Shown here piece by piece: positions 41,891 to 57,302 of a stretch of 64,000 bases of DNA. The DNA lies in NCBI RefSeq assembly GCF_009914755.1, contig NC_060936.1; one strand, given 5' to 3'. The DNA comes from the human T2T-CHM13v2.0 reference genome, Homo sapiens. The notes beneath the pieces are model-generated. The model ran no database searches. It worked only from the letters and a program-made list of their open reading frames with translations, and was not told the DNA's origin. The translations under genes were made by a program, and so were the position numbers. The first letter of the stretch is position 1. Each line of letters begins with the position of its first letter.

Positions 41891-42409
41891 ACAAAATCAT
41901 AATTTCTGCCAATTTCTGCCCTGAGAGAATTTGTAAATACCAGTGCACTTTCAAAAGTACAACTTTTAAACATTTTTGAACACTGTATTATCTTTGCACA
42001 GTATCCCTTCAGAAAGTCTTTTAAGATTTCATATTTGCTTTATTCCATGCAATTACCTGTAATTTTAGAAGAATTCCTTCTAAGATGCAATAGAAATACA
42101 TTAAAACTAAGGAACATACTTACTAGTTGTGTTCACAGCTTAGTATGCATTAAGCCTTGTTTTGTCTACGATGATCCTCTTTGAAATCACACAATTTAAT
42201 GATGCCCTACTCCAGAGAAAGTTTGGAAGACTTGAAAAATCTAGTATCTGTTCTAATCTAGAGCTAAGGGTATACAAAATGGGCTGTAGGGGGTAAGTGG
42301 GTAAGGTTTGGAGATAGAAAGAGAAGTTAACTATTGCTCTTTGTCTCTCTCTTTTTAAAATTTATTCTCATCATTTTAGTAGGACAGAATTTTCCAGACA
42401 TAAAGTTGC
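41891..42409 (-). repeat. Long inverted repeat, right arm (519 bp)
   Basis: Reverse complement of 39953-40470. Confidence 0.97.
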
Positions 42410-42838
42410 GTGGAAAGGTGCACTACAAAGACAATTGAAAGTTTTTTTAGAATATTAACGATCTTGGATCCTGCACCATTCCAGTTGTATCATAATACAG
42501 TGGGGAATAATAACAAGTAAACTGTAATACTATAAAAGTCAAGTTAGGAAGAATTTAAACATAAGATATTTCCTTCTGGTGCTTTATGACTTCCCACTTA
42601 AGTTACTTTCTAATCTGTGGCATGTTGTACTGCTCATTCAAAGGCAATCCATTAATCAACAAAAACCAGTGTGTTCTCCAGAAATCTGTGGCTCTCATTG
42701 TTTGCCCAGAGTACACTGTTATCTTGTCTAAACAAAGTAGTTTCCTGTAAATAACCATACTTTTCCTTCCTTTTTGAAATATACCTGTTCCACATCCCAT
42801 TTCAAGGAATATAATTTTTGTTATGGCACGTATCTAAT

Positions 42839-43173
42839 TGTCTTAGTCATTTTCTATTGTTATAAAAAATACCACAGACTGAGTAATCTATAAAGAAAAT
42901 AAGTTTATTTAGTTCACAGTTCTGAAGGTACTCTCAAGAACATGGCACTGGCATCTGGTGAGGGCCTTCTTGCTGCAGCATGACATGGCAGAAGGCATTA
43001 TATGGCAAGAGAACAAAAGTAAGAGAACCACAGAGAGCTCTCTTTTATAACAAAGTTACTCCAGCAATAACAAACAAACTCTCATGATAGTTAGTGGCAT
43101 TAATTCATTCATGAGGGCAGAGGGATTAAATTCCAGCACAAGAACTTTCGGAGGACACACTTAAACTGTAACA
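42839..43173 (-). mobile_element. MST-family (MSTD-like) MaLR solo LTR
   Basis: TGTCTTAGTC...ATACCACAGACTG...GCATCTGGTGAGGGCCTTCTTGCTG...ATTCATGAGGGCAGAG...AACA. Confidence 0.75.
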
Positions 43174-43564
43174 CTAGCTGATAAAGGTGTTTGCTATTAT
43201 TTTAATGGCTAACAATTCTTACGACAGAAAGAAATCAAAATTTCATTTTTAATTCATATTTCTCCTGGAAAACAATTCTTAAGTAAAATAGATTTCCTTG
43301 TTAATTATTTTTTTAGCTTTATTTATTTATAAACTAACAGTCTTCTATTTTAATGATCAGTTTTATGAATTTTGGTGATTATACACAGTTGTATAACCAC
43401 TACCACAATCAAAATATAGAACAGTTTTATTCCCTTTCAGATGTTTTCTTCCCTTTTTATTGTCTTTCCTCAACCATTGTCTTTAGATATATAATACTGA
43501 TCTGATTTCTGCCATTATAGTTTTGTCTTTGCTAGTATTTTATATAAATGTAATCAAACAGTAT

Positions 43565-44063
43565 ATAGTAAACTGTCCTTATATATGGGTGTGTGTGTGA
43601 GGGATACAATCCAAGACCTCCAGTGAATGCCTAAAACCATGGCTGTTAACAAACATATATATATATATATGTTTGTGTGTATACACACATGTATATATAC
43701 CCTAAATGTGTGCGTGTGTATATATATATACACACACACTATATATATATACACAAACACATAAATACACACACTAAGTGTATATATATACCTAGTATAT
43801 TTATATATGTAAACATATATAGTACAGTATATGTATAGTGTGTGTATGATTTATATATTATAAACTATATATAGTTTATAACAGGTCTAATAAGAGATTA
43901 ATAAAAATAACTAATAATAAAGTGGAATAATTATAACAATATAGTATAATAAAATTATGTGAATGTGGTATCTCTGTCTTGCTCTCTCAAAATATCATAT
44001 CATACTTAAGTGCAGGTAACTGAAACTGCAGAAAACAAAACCATGGATAAGGGGGACAAACGT
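43565..44063. mobile_element. Tigger3/MER7-type DNA transposon with internal (TA/CA)n expansion
   Basis: GGGATACAATCCAAGACCTCCAGTGAATGCCTAAAACC at the left end and GGTAACTGAAACTGCAG...GGATAAGGGGGAC at the right end. Confidence 0.75.
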
Positions 44064-44156
44064 ATATTCTGTTTTTAACTTATTTTACTTAAAATAATGC
44101 TTTTGAGATTTATGTATATGGATAAATGTATTAGTAATTTTTCCCCTTTTCATTAC

Positions 44157-44705
44157 TGTAATATAAAATAAACCAATTTGGACCATGTGTTTTGGCCCGT
44201 AGGTTGTTTGTTTCTTCAGGGCACTCTGAGATCCATTAGCACAAAAGCCTACTGACACCACATTCGAATTTTTACACATGTAATTGTTTTTTAAAACAGC
44301 CAAACAAGCAGAGTTTTTAGTCATTTAGGGTCTGCTTGCTTTGCATATTCTGCAAAACTACACTCAACATCTGTTGGTCATTGATAACCTAGAACCGTTT
44401 GGTTATAAGACCCCAAATGACCATTGCCATTCAGAGGTCATTGGTAACTTACTAAGAGACTCCCCTGCTGCTGAATGACAATACCTAGACATGTAAGCTC
44501 TCGCTCTGATTCCCCTTTGCCCCCAGAGTTCTCTGTCTACATGGTGTCCCTCACCTTAAGCCTCTGGACAGTTTCATGATATAAGAGACCGCCCCTCTCT
44601 TGCAGTTCTGTCCAAACATCAACCAATAAAGCTTGTTCTGTTTTACTGACTTATTGATCATATGTATTTTCTTGATCACTTCCCAAATCCTGTAGAACCC
44701 CTACA
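44157..44705 (+). mobile_element. ERV1-type solo LTR, subfamily not assigned
   Basis: TG...CA ends, TATAAG and AATAAAG signals, flanks ATTAC/ATTAT; interrupts the L1M. Confidence 0.55.
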
Positions 44706-44828
44706 ATTATAAGATAGTATTCTGTATCATAGATATTAGCACATTTTCTTTATTAATTAAGTGATGGACATCTGTTTCCAGTTTTTGTCTTTTATCCATA
44801 ATGCTGCTTTAACATTTACATACCAGTC

Positions 44829-45193
<365 letters not shown>

Positions 45194-46494
45194 TCATATG
45201 GAAAATATGTTTAGCTTTAAAAGAAAATAACCAAATTGTTCCCCAAAGTGGCTATACCACTTTGTATTTCATTAAGAATGCATGAGCTTTACGTGTTCCA
45301 CATTATCTTCAGCAAATGCCATTGTCAGTTGTTTCTGTTTTTGTTTTAACTTTAGCAAGACTTGTGGGTGGATAATGGGATCTCATTGTGGTTTCTCTTT
45401 GCATTCTCTGAAGATTGTGATGGGAGTATCTGTTCATGAGCTCATTGGCCATGCAGATATCTTTATATATATATATATATATATATAGTTTTTTATATAT
45501 ATAGTTTATATATATATAGTTTAAGTTCTGGGATATCTTCTTTTTAAAGTGCTTGTTCAAACAATTTGCTTTTTCAAAAATGGATTGTTAGTTTTATTAA
45601 TGAGTCATGTGAGTATTTTTTATTCTGGATGAAAAACATTTGTTAAATATATATTTTACATTATTTTCTCTCAATCTCTGACATGCCTTTTCATTCTCTC
45701 AACTGTATCTTTAGAAAAGCACATAAAGTTCATTCTAGTAAATGTTATCTCTTATAGTTTGTACCTTTTTGGTCTTTGTAAAGAAATTTGTACCTTACCA
45801 AATAGCACAAAGCTTTCTACCTTTTTTTTTTTTTTTTTAGAAATTTAAGAGTTTTGGCTCTTACATTAAGTCTGTAGTCTATTTCATGTTAATTTATGGG
45901 GGTAGTATGAAATATGGATCTAGGCTCATTTATTTTTCCATACAGTTATCTAATTGGTCTAGCCCTATTTTTTGAAAAGACTATCTTTTCCCTGTTAAAT
46001 TATCTTGGCACATATTCCAAAAATCAATTTACTGCTTAAACATGAATCTATAATTTGTAATTTTTAAATGCTTGTTTTCTGACCCTAGCAATCCATCCTC
46101 TACACTGCTGCCCTATTGACACATATAAAATAAAAATATTGTCATCCCACTCTCCTACTTAGAATATTTTAGTAATTTCATACTCCCAACAGAATAAATT
46201 CAAGGCACACTCACATTGTCCAAAATACCCTTCACAATTTTGGATAGTAGAGGGGGGCCTATTGAAAAGAAAGGTATACAATGTGCAAGGACACAAAAGG
46301 TGTGTTTTTTACCCAAAATTTATCCAAAAGTATGGTAAATTTTTGAGATTCCCAAGACTTTTGTATTGCTGCAATATAGGAAATTAGGTGACATATATTC
46401 ATCTAATCAATAAATTTTTTTTATTTTTTTTTCTTTTCCCAGTGTCTTCTTTCTATTCATCTTTATATCTTAGCTTCATGGTCTAGTTCAGTGC

Positions 46495-47112
46495 AACTAC
46501 ACGTATCATTCTCTGGCGGGCATCTTCAGCATCACATGGTAGTTTGTGTCAAGAGACAAAATTACAATAAATTTAGTTTAAAGATCTTAATTGTCTTTTA
46601 TTTGCAACTCTAGAATCATGCAGCAACTCATTCTGTAAGGCAGAATGTGTATTCAAATGAGCCGATCTGGGGAGGTTGGTTTTATAGACAGAAAAGGGCA
46701 GAGGAAAGCAGAAACAGAAAACAAAATGTCATTTAAAAGTTACTTTTCTTGTACAACTCAAAGCAGAGGGGATTTGGGGATTTCTTTATCCAGTTTTCAC
46801 TGGCCTGTTTCGATATTTGACTGTTTCTCTCTCTTGATTTTTTGGAAGGTCAAATAATTTAGTTTCTGCTTGGTGGCCTGGAACTTCAGAATGAGTGATT
46901 CCATTTTGGTTTGGTTTGTTGGGCCTAGTGCAGGAGCTCAGTCCAGACCAATGACCTCCTATACATTTTGTTTAACATTTGTTAGTGATGCAACATCTCA
47001 GGCCCCACCCAAGAATAACCGAATCAGAATCTCTGAGGGAGACATGAAGAATCAGTGTTGTAATAAGCCGTTCTAACTTATTAATATGCATGCTTATTGT
47101 TTGGTATGACCT
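46495..47112. mobile_element. MER5A (hAT-Charlie) split by a MER57 LTR
   Basis: CAGCATCACATGG | TTTGTTAGTGATGCA...CTCAGGCCCCACCC...GAATCAGAATCTCTG. Confidence 0.65.
46547..46977 (-). mobile_element. MER57-family ERV1 solo LTR
   Basis: Reverse start TGTTAAACAAAATGTATAGGAGGTCATTGGTCTGGACTGAGCTCCTGCACTAGGCCC; perfect TSD TTTG. Confidence 0.75.
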
Positions 47113-47569
47113 GTATGTTCTGTTCCTTTAGCATTTCTTTTATAATGTTAAGATTTCTTACGCATGGTCGCCCATGTTTAAATGTCTTAAAATATTAAAT
47201 ATTTTGATTACAAGAAAACATATTCAGAGACATTTGAAATTCTTGAAAGTAGTTACTAATTATCTGTCAACTGTCAGTACTAAGTATGCTAAATAAACAG
47301 ATATGGTTTTCACTCGAGTGACGCTTTACTGTTCATTTCCTGAAGTTTAAAAACATACCACGTGAATTCTTAAGATAAAATCAGGAAAAAGAGAAAAAAT
47401 TCTGGGAGATGTATTTTGAAAGTTCATATCAAACCGTAACAATCCTCTTTTTAATGAAATATGACAACAATCATAAAAATTTTATCCTTTAATATGTTAA
47501 TGTTGTAAATTACATTAATATATTTTCTAGTGTTGAATGGTTCTTAGTTGAAATCTTCTTGGCTACCAT

Positions 47570-49280
47570 GTATTTTTAATTTTTCTGTTATTCTGTTAAA
47601 TTTTATTAATTTAATTCATGAAAAGCTCGTGATTAGGTAATATATTTATGTGATTCAAAAACAAAACTATTTTTAAAATATATTCTGAGAAACATCACTC
47701 CATCTCTGTCCATTCACTTCATTCCACAATTTTTATTAGTTTCTCATTTATTCTTTCACATTTTATGTAAATAAAAGCAAATATGTTTCTACTTAGCACC
47801 TTCCTAATCTTATAAAATGTGGCATAATATGTCCATGATTATGCATCTTGTTTTTTCTTTCTCTTAACAAAAATATTCCCCAAGTCTCTCCATACCTGGA
47901 TTTAGAAAATATTTTAACTGTGTACTTCTTTACTAAATAAAAGACAATTTATTTTGCCGGACTCTTATTGCTGGATACTTAAATTGTTTCCAATCATTTG
48001 TTATCCTGAAGCATGCCACACTTACCAACTTCGTGTGTGTGTGTGTAATGTATATAACATATATGTTACCTATATATAACATATATAACATATATTACAT
48101 ATATAATATATATAACATATATTACATATATAACATATATAACATATATTACATATATAACATATATAACATATATTACATATATAACATATATTACATA
48201 TATAACATATATTACATATATTACATATATTACATATATAGCATATATTACATATATAACATATATAATATATATAGCATATATTACATATATAACATAT
48301 ATAATATATATAGCATATATTACATATATAACATATATAATATATATAGCATATATTACATATATAACATATATAATATATATAGCATATATTACATATA
48401 TAACATATATAATATATATAGCATATATTACATATATAACATATATAATATATATAGCATATATTACATATATAACATATATAATATATATAGCATATAT
48501 TACATATATAACATATATAATATATATAGCATATATTACATATATAACATATATAATATATATAGCATATATTACATATATAACATATATAATATATATA
48601 GCATATATTACATATATAACATATATTATATATAGGATATATTACATATATAACATATATAATATATATAGCATATATTACATATATAACATATATAGCA
48701 TATATTACATATATTACATATATAACATATATAGCATATATTACATATATAACATATATAATATATATAGCATATATTACATATATAACATATATTATAT
48801 GTATATAACATACATAACATATATTATATATTACATGTATATAACATATATGTTATATATTACATGTATATAACATATATAATATATATTATATATTACA
48901 TATACATGTAATATATGTGTATATATGTAATATATGTATATATATGTAATATATATATGTGTATATATATATGACCCAATTTTTTAAATTCCACGATTGG
49001 AATTTCCAGGTCAAAGGGTAAATGCATCTGCAATTTTGGTGAATATTTTCAGATATCTACCTTCTTCAACGGAACTGTTTCATTGTGTATGAGCTGGCCT
49101 CATAGATACAGCAGTTTTCAATTTTTTGGATAGTTTGTTAGTTTTAGAATAAATGTGTTCCTTTTTATATATGTGCAATTTGATATATTTTCATACATTT
49201 GTCCAATCAACTATCTGTTCACATTCTTTGACTATTTTTCCAATGGGTTATTTGTCTTTCACTGTTGATTTCTAGAAGTC
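47570..49280 (-). mobile_element. Old L1ME-like 3' fragment split by the TA-rich minisatellite
   Basis: TTGCTGGATACTTAAATTGTTTCCAA before the array and GGAATTTCCAGGTCAAAGGGTAAATGCAT after it. Confidence 0.55.
48034..48972. repeat. TA-rich minisatellite: 9-bp monomers with 27- and 36-bp higher-order units
   Basis: Monomers ATATATAAC, ATATATTAC, ATATATAAT and ATATATAGC; ten perfect 36-mers over ~48234-48593. Confidence 0.97.
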
Positions 49281-49299
49281 GTGTTTTGTTTTGTTTTTT

Positions 49300-49680
49300 T
49301 TACTAAAAGAGAGACAAATCCCAAGTTTGTTCTGAACAACTAGATAGAGAAAATTTGGAAAAGGTGGAGGTTTGTGGAGAAGGCAAGTAGAAATTAAGAG
49401 TTTGATTTTTGACATGTTAAATTTGAGATATCTGTGAGACATTAAAAGTAGATGTAAATTAGGCCGTTGGATGTTCCAATTTGGAACTCGAAGGAGAAAA
49501 GTGGGCTGCTGATATAAATTTGGTATTCATTAGCATATAGATGGTAATGAAAGTTCTGGGAATGGAGGAGCTCATCTAGGACAAAAAGGTAAAAGAGAGT
49601 GGAAAAAGAGACCAGAACTGTTCCTTAAGACACTTAAATATTTACAGTGGGCAGAGCAGCACTTCACTAAGAGGTCAGAG
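49300..49680 (-). mobile_element. L2 fragment
   Basis: GACATGTTAAATTTGAGAT...ATAAATTTGG...AGCATATAGATGGTA. Confidence 0.7.
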
Positions 49681-51396
49681 ATACTGATTTCCCCAGGTAC
49701 TGGATTAGCCAGGCTGAGCCTATACCAGCTGGATCCCCTGGGCCAGCTGCCTCTGAGAAATGGAGACTCTATTAATGACTCCGCCAATGGAAGTTAGAGC
49801 AGTGGGCTCTGATGGTATACCCTACAATCTATATAAATGGGGAGCATGAGGAAGACATGTTCACTTGCTAATCCTCTACACAGGCTGAATGCAGTTAAGG
49901 AGATGCCTGACCACCCAGACGCTCTATTTGAGCAGCTAGCTATGGTTTACAACATGGTTCATTTTGAGCAAAATATCATGCTCCAGATCCCAAGAAAACA
50001 AACTGACTTTGACCAGCTTCTTGTTAACTCTCCATCATTTACATGTATATTTATATATAAATATGCTTTTCTCCAGTATTTTAAAGAACGAGAATTATTT
50101 AATAGAGCATATAGTGAAGTTAATGTTACAAATATTCAGGAAATGAACTGATATCATGAAATATATATGTGAAAGTTTTAACTGTTATTTTCATTGTTGA
50201 AACTAAATGTGAGTTTTTTTTTCTTTTTGGTTATCTGTGTTTTTGTTTTGGTTCTTCTAATAATCAACACATATGTACTACACATGTAAAATAAGTTACT
50301 TTATGTATTTAAGCTAGCAAAAGGGAGAACTAGGAGCAATGCTCATTCTCTGTGAATTTATTTTTAAAATAAAAACATATAAACAGTTTTAAAATTGATA
50401 AATTAGATGTAACTACATTATTGGCCTAATTATTATCTCTTCATTGTATTAGTAAGTTTTGCTATTGAAGTCTTTCAAAAATATTTTCTATTGAAATAAA
50501 ATTCTCATTTGTAATTTGATTCAGTAGAAAGAGCCTGTAGTTTTTATTTCATTTTTCATTATGGGCAATGACATTTAGATCCATTTGTCATTTAAATGCA
50601 AAAGTTTTCACACAGAATTACCTCAGTTAAAGTGCAGTTTTAATTAATTCAATTGCATCAGCTACCTCTTGCCCACATCACCTTACCCTGCTAGGAGGTG
50701 CTATTACAGAAATGCAAACAATATTGCAAAACAAGATCAGAAAGTGATTTGCTGGGGGCAAGGTGAGGAACGTACTTGGGATTTGGGGATGAGAAGAGCC
50801 TTTCCTTGTGGTTACCTAGAGTAGCAAAGATTAAAATGTGTTGCCTTGGGCAGCCTGTGGCTCTTTCTTCTTAAAATCTAACTTTTCAAAGGCTTTGGCA
50901 TCTCATTACCACACATATGTGTAGTTCTCCAATTGCCTCCCTTTTGGAATATCTCATTACCTCACTTCGTTTATATATCTAACAAAATCCCCTTTAGTTA
51001 TGTACATCTCATTACTCTCTGGCCAAGGTTGACCTTGACACCTCTGGACCTTATTTGTCTTGCAATATGTAGCTGTTAATGATTCATTTCCATCTGTGTC
51101 ATTTATTAAAACATTTAAAGGCATAACTACATAAGAAATCTGCCTTCATTTTATAGGTTTGCCCTTTCAAATTTAAGAATGAAAAGCATATTTATTTCAC
51201 TCGAGTAGTTTGTCTACAATTTGAGTGAGTTACCACCATGTGATGTTTAACCAGATACAATATCAGTAACTTTTGCTGAACCATTCTCTGACGCATTTAA
51301 TAAAATACATTGATGGTGTAGTTAGTAAAGTGAATAGGATAGATCCAGGCTACTAATAATTCATAAAATAATTATGATATTAAAATACATGCCTTG

Positions 51397-51699
<303 letters not shown>

Positions 51700-54600
51700 C
51701 TAGATGCCTTATAATTGCTGATGAGTGGGTAATATAGTCAATTAAAGGGTAATGAAAGCAATGCACTAATGGAGGATTTTTATATGCCATATTATCCCAT
51801 AACACCAGCATAATACATTTGTAGCCCAACTTCTCCAAATACCACAAACATCCCTTCTTCAGATACAAAACTGGAACACACTGTTCTGTAACTTTAAATC
51901 TAATTTACAATTAGAGATAAAATACAATATTAAAAGCAGATATAAAATTATTTTTTCAGGTTCCTTTATTCCAATAATGTGTCTTAAAAGATTAAAATTA
52001 TATCAACTATATCAATGGGTCGCAACTTTATTTCTCCTTAAAATACAATTTTTAACGTTGTAACATATAAGCATTCCCTAAAACATCCTTTGAGAGATTT
52101 TGGGTGCCTCCTTTCAGAAAATCACTTATGTAGCTAAAACAGGAGTAGCTTAATTTGGACCATATATGACCTACTGATTGGAAGTTTCATTCAAATGTAC
52201 TAGATAGATGGCTCATTAATCTCTGAACTAGGTAAATGCTACTGCCACAGCACCATCTCCAACCCAATTCCAGGAAATGTATATTAATGTCTACTGAAAT
52301 TCAATAGGAGGAATTCCTACCTAATTAAGGCATCAGTCTGATATTAGTGATCCCATTTGGAAAGCCCTGAATGTTCAAGGATATTCAGAGATTTAGGGAG
52401 TTCCATGGATGTTTTAGACCTCTCTCATCCACCATTTCTCCAACCTAAGCTCCTTGGTAATTGTGTAACAGAAAGTAAGGGAATTTTCTCGTCTTTTATC
52501 AATTTCAAACCTTGCGTCCACCACAAATACTACTTACAGCTGCATCAATAATGGGTTTTGCTGCCCCTCAGCTTTAAACCATCAAAATAGATTTTCCCAA
52601 ACAATGGGAAAGGCTGTTTATGACAATATCACCCAGGCTCTTCCTCCTTAAATGCCTATATCTGCCTTTGTATGTAATTAGTCCTGGGTAAGGTAAATTA
52701 ATCCATATGGCATTGAGTGTTACTGACAATCAACACTATGATGATCCAAGGCTACGGTAGGCAGAGTCTTCTGTGCCACAAGAACAGAGTAAGATCCAAA
52801 GTCTTTCAGATGTAGACCCAAAGTAGAAAGAGAGCAAAGCGTTGTTCTATTAGCTGGCAGGCTGGCAATAACACTACTTTGGCAGGACACGGGGCTGTGT
52901 TCTAAAACCAAAACATAGACTACAGTGAGAATTGATGGCCCTAAATCAGACCAGTGAGTTTCAACCTTCTGAAAGGAATGGACCTTGTCTAGTTTACTGC
53001 TGTGTACATAGTTCCGAAACTACTATATTTGCTTGAGTAGGGTGTTAAATGATATTTATTAATTGATGGTATACAAACATGTATGATGTACATTCCCTGG
53101 GCAAAGACATCCCAGTAGAATGAACTTCTGCTACATTTATTCATAATTTCTGAATATCCCAGGGCAAACTAAGAATATATCTACATTTTAAAACCTTCTT
53201 CTTACAGCTCTATCATACTCTTATGGAAATGAATATTTTCATCAAAGTGATGCAATTACTCTCTGTTATCAACCTCTCATTTACTTCTGTAAAAATATCG
53301 GTCCCTGTTCATTAAAGACTGTTCCTTCTCTACAAATCCAGGCACTTAAAACAATCTTCTTGGTTTGTGTTTGATTTGGAAAACAGCTTTGAGAATGTTT
53401 CACGTCTAACTATACCACTAGATACCCACAGATCGATGGCCAGAGAGAATGTTTCAGCTAATAACCAGAACATGTGAATAACTAAGAACTCTTCAACTTA
53501 ATTTTATAGACTGTACATGGTGTGATGTTGGATTTGATACTAAATAAATCTCATCATAATAATACCAGATAGAAATTATTTTCAATGTTATTATATATCT
53601 AATTAATCATTTACTTTTTATATCATTTATATCCAAACTTACAATGAGAAAGAAATTAGAAATTATAATGACTTGTCAATGCTCTGTTGGTGGCCTTAAT
53701 AAAAATTATTTAATTCATAGTTTGGGTTTATTATTAATACTCAAAAATTAAAAAAAACAAATTAAAAAATAAGTGCCATCTCCCTTGGTGTATAACTTCT
53801 ACTTAGTTTACACGTTACTACTTCATGGATTCTTTCCCTGAGTGTCTACAGTATTAGAAAAGTGACTTTTTAATGCATCTCCATATTGCTAGTAACCTTT
53901 TCTACTGAAAAATAAAGAAGCAGTGGGCTTTAAAAGATATTTTACCTAAGGCTAGCATAATTTGAAGCATGAAATCCATTTTTATTTTTTATCATTTTGA
54001 CAAGTGAACTTTAGGAGGGCAAAAACAATTTTTAACAAGTAGAGAAACTGCTTAGATAGCATTAGAAGAAAAATTATGCTGTGCTATTTTGTTTATTCTT
54101 CAATATTTCATGTGTCACTGTCATTAAGCTTGACAGACTTGAAGCAAGCAGTATTTTTAAAGGGTACATTTTACTGCTTCCTAAACAAAAAAAATCAGTT
54201 TTTGGACAGCACTATTTATTTTCAAAGTAAAGGACAGTTATATATAACAGACTGAGTAACTTAACAAAATATTCTGATTTATTTGTTTCTTGATACAAAG
54301 GTTTAATTTTTGAAGCTTGAATGATGAGAAGTTATTAATTCTAGCCATTATAATGTATTTATTTGCTTATTGAAATGTAATATAAAATTTCACCATCACT
54401 CCCTGCCCTTAAAAGAATGCCTGGTTTCTTTAATGCAATATTTCAAAACTAATGAGTCTTATTTTTGGCAAGACACATCTGCATTTATTCTGAATAAAAG
54501 CTTCAAATGATATTTTTAAAGAATGATTTAAAATTCTTGTACTTTATATATGTTGTCAGCCTTGATCACGTAAAAAAGTAAATTTATATTCATAGCTAAA

Positions 54601-55636
54601 TCAAAGACAGTGCCCATATTATTTTTTGCTGCTTTTAATATTAATCCTGCTTTTGTATTCTCAGTGAATAACCATGTGTCTTTCCATATAGTTTAAATTG
54701 AAATTAAATATTTTGCAATTAAAACCAATTATTATTTATTTCAATTTTTATGAACACCAGAATATATAGAATGATAATAAACATAATATAGTACTTTGGG
54801 TCATTTCTAAATTCACTGGATTATGCTATATGGAAATCATGTTAATGAGTGTGAAAAAAATAAATCTTTTAGTGGAATTTGGTAGATACAGTATAGTGTT
54901 CTGTTCTCATCATAATTATAATCAATATCTATATGTATATCTACCAATCAACAAATGTATCAAGATCCAGAAAATTTCATATTCTGTGCAATATATGCTA
55001 TTTATATTTGCATATATCAATATATTTGAAAAACCTTTAATTAGACTGACAAAGAAAAAATAGTAGACACAAACTATCAATAGCAGAAGTGGAAGAGGGC
55101 TATCAGTGCAGACCCTACAGACATTTAATAAAAAAAAAAGAATAATATGAAAAATATAAACACATAAATACAAGTTATATGTAATGAACCAATTACTTGA
55201 AAGTCCCAAATTATGAAAATTGACTTACAAAGAAATAGATAAGGTCAATTGTTGTATAATAATTATAGGAATTTAAATTATAGTTCAAAACATTCTGAAA
55301 ATGACAGTTTCTAGCACCAAGTTGTTTCACGGGAACATTTAAATAAGAAATAAACCTACATTTAAATAAGAAATATTATCGATGCTATACAATCTCTTCC
55401 AGATAGTAGAATTAGAGTGAATATTCATAATTCATTTTATGAGGCTATTAGCACCCAGATAGCACAAGAAAAGAGAACTCTAGCCAAATATTTCTTTTGA
55501 ATCTATATGCAAATTATTCTCAACCTAACACTAGTACATAAAATCTAAAAATATATATAAGAAATAATATACCATGCCCATGTGCAATTTATCCAGGAAA
55601 AACAAGACTAGCTCTGTATTAAAAAAAACTCAATTA

Positions 55637-55975
<339 letters not shown>

Positions 55976-56172
55976 TCATATCAATTGATGCAGAAAAAGC
56001 ATTTGACAAAATTCAACATCTATTCACCAAAACAAAACAAACAAAACAAAAAGGAACTCAACAAACTAGAAATAAAGAGGAACTTCTTTAGCTGATAGGC
56101 ATCTAAAATGAAACAATAGGTAACATCACATCTTATGATGAAAGTCTAAATGGTTTCTTCCTAAGATTTTGA

Positions 56173-56788
56173 TGTGGTAGATAGAAATCTAAAATGGCCT
56201 TTGAGATTCCTGTTCCCTGCTGTACACACCTTAAATATTCTACTGCCATGGAGGGTGGGTGAGAACAGACAATATAATGGCACATCACTCCTGTGATTAC
56301 ATTACTATTAGTTAACTGAGTTTATCAAAAGGGAGATTATCTTAGCAAGGCCTGACCAAATCAGGAGCCCTTTAAATGAAGGTGGAGAGTCAGAGAGTTG
56401 TTTTCCTTGCCTTGAAGAAGTAAACTGGCATTTTGAGACAGCAAGGATGGAAGGGGCCATGTGGCAAGAATTTGAGGACAGGTTCTAGAAGGTGAGAGCA
56501 ATCTTAAGCAGACAGCTAACAAGAACCAGGGACTTCAATCACACAACCTCAAGAGACAAAATTCTGGCAACAGCCATATGTGAGTTTGAAAGAGAACACT
56601 GCACCTGAAATGAGATTCTAGCCCCAGTCAAATCTATAATTTCAGCATAGTCATATCCTGAGCAGGGGAACCAGCTAAGCCATATTCAGACTCCTGGCCC
56701 ATGGAAGCTTTGTGATTAAAAATATCTGTGTTGCTTGAAGCTTCCAAGGCATTGATAATTACTTATATGGCAAGAAAACTTAAACACA
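56173..56788 (+). mobile_element. MLT1E-type MaLR LTR
   Basis: TGTGGTAGATAGAAATCTAAAATGGCC...GGGAGATTATC...GCCATGTGGCAAG...ACA. Confidence 0.8.
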
Positions 56789-56925
56789 GTGGGGAAAATA
56801 AGGCAAGGATGTTCATTCCCCCAACTTCTATTCAAGGTCAAGCTGGAAGTCCTAGCCAAAGCACTAAGGCAAGAAAGATAAAAATAATTCTGATTGAAAA
56901 TTTGAAATAAAATTGATCCTAAATA

Positions 56926-57227
<302 letters not shown>

Positions 57228-57302
57228 CTATTTATAGACCAGGATTGCCTATGTAGAAAATCCCAAATAATCTTTCAAACAAACCCATAAACTCACTCCT
57301 AG

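Noticed and set aside
39953-42409. DNA transposon or foldback element with long TIRs
   Set aside because: There is no TSD and no transposase remnant. The spacer holds ancient L2 and MIR pieces, with L2 continuing from outside the left arm.
43858-43881. 24-bp palindrome TTATAAACTATATATAGTTTATAA
   Set aside because: It lies in a TA-rich low-complexity tract where such symmetry is expected.
48033-48635. 200-aa I/Y/N/S-rich ORF
   Set aside because: It is a translation of the 9-bp-period minisatellite, open only because one frame lacks stops.
55335-55375. 18-bp near-tandem duplication ACATTTAAATAAGAAATA
   Set aside because: It is an ordinary slippage duplication inside a dead L1M.
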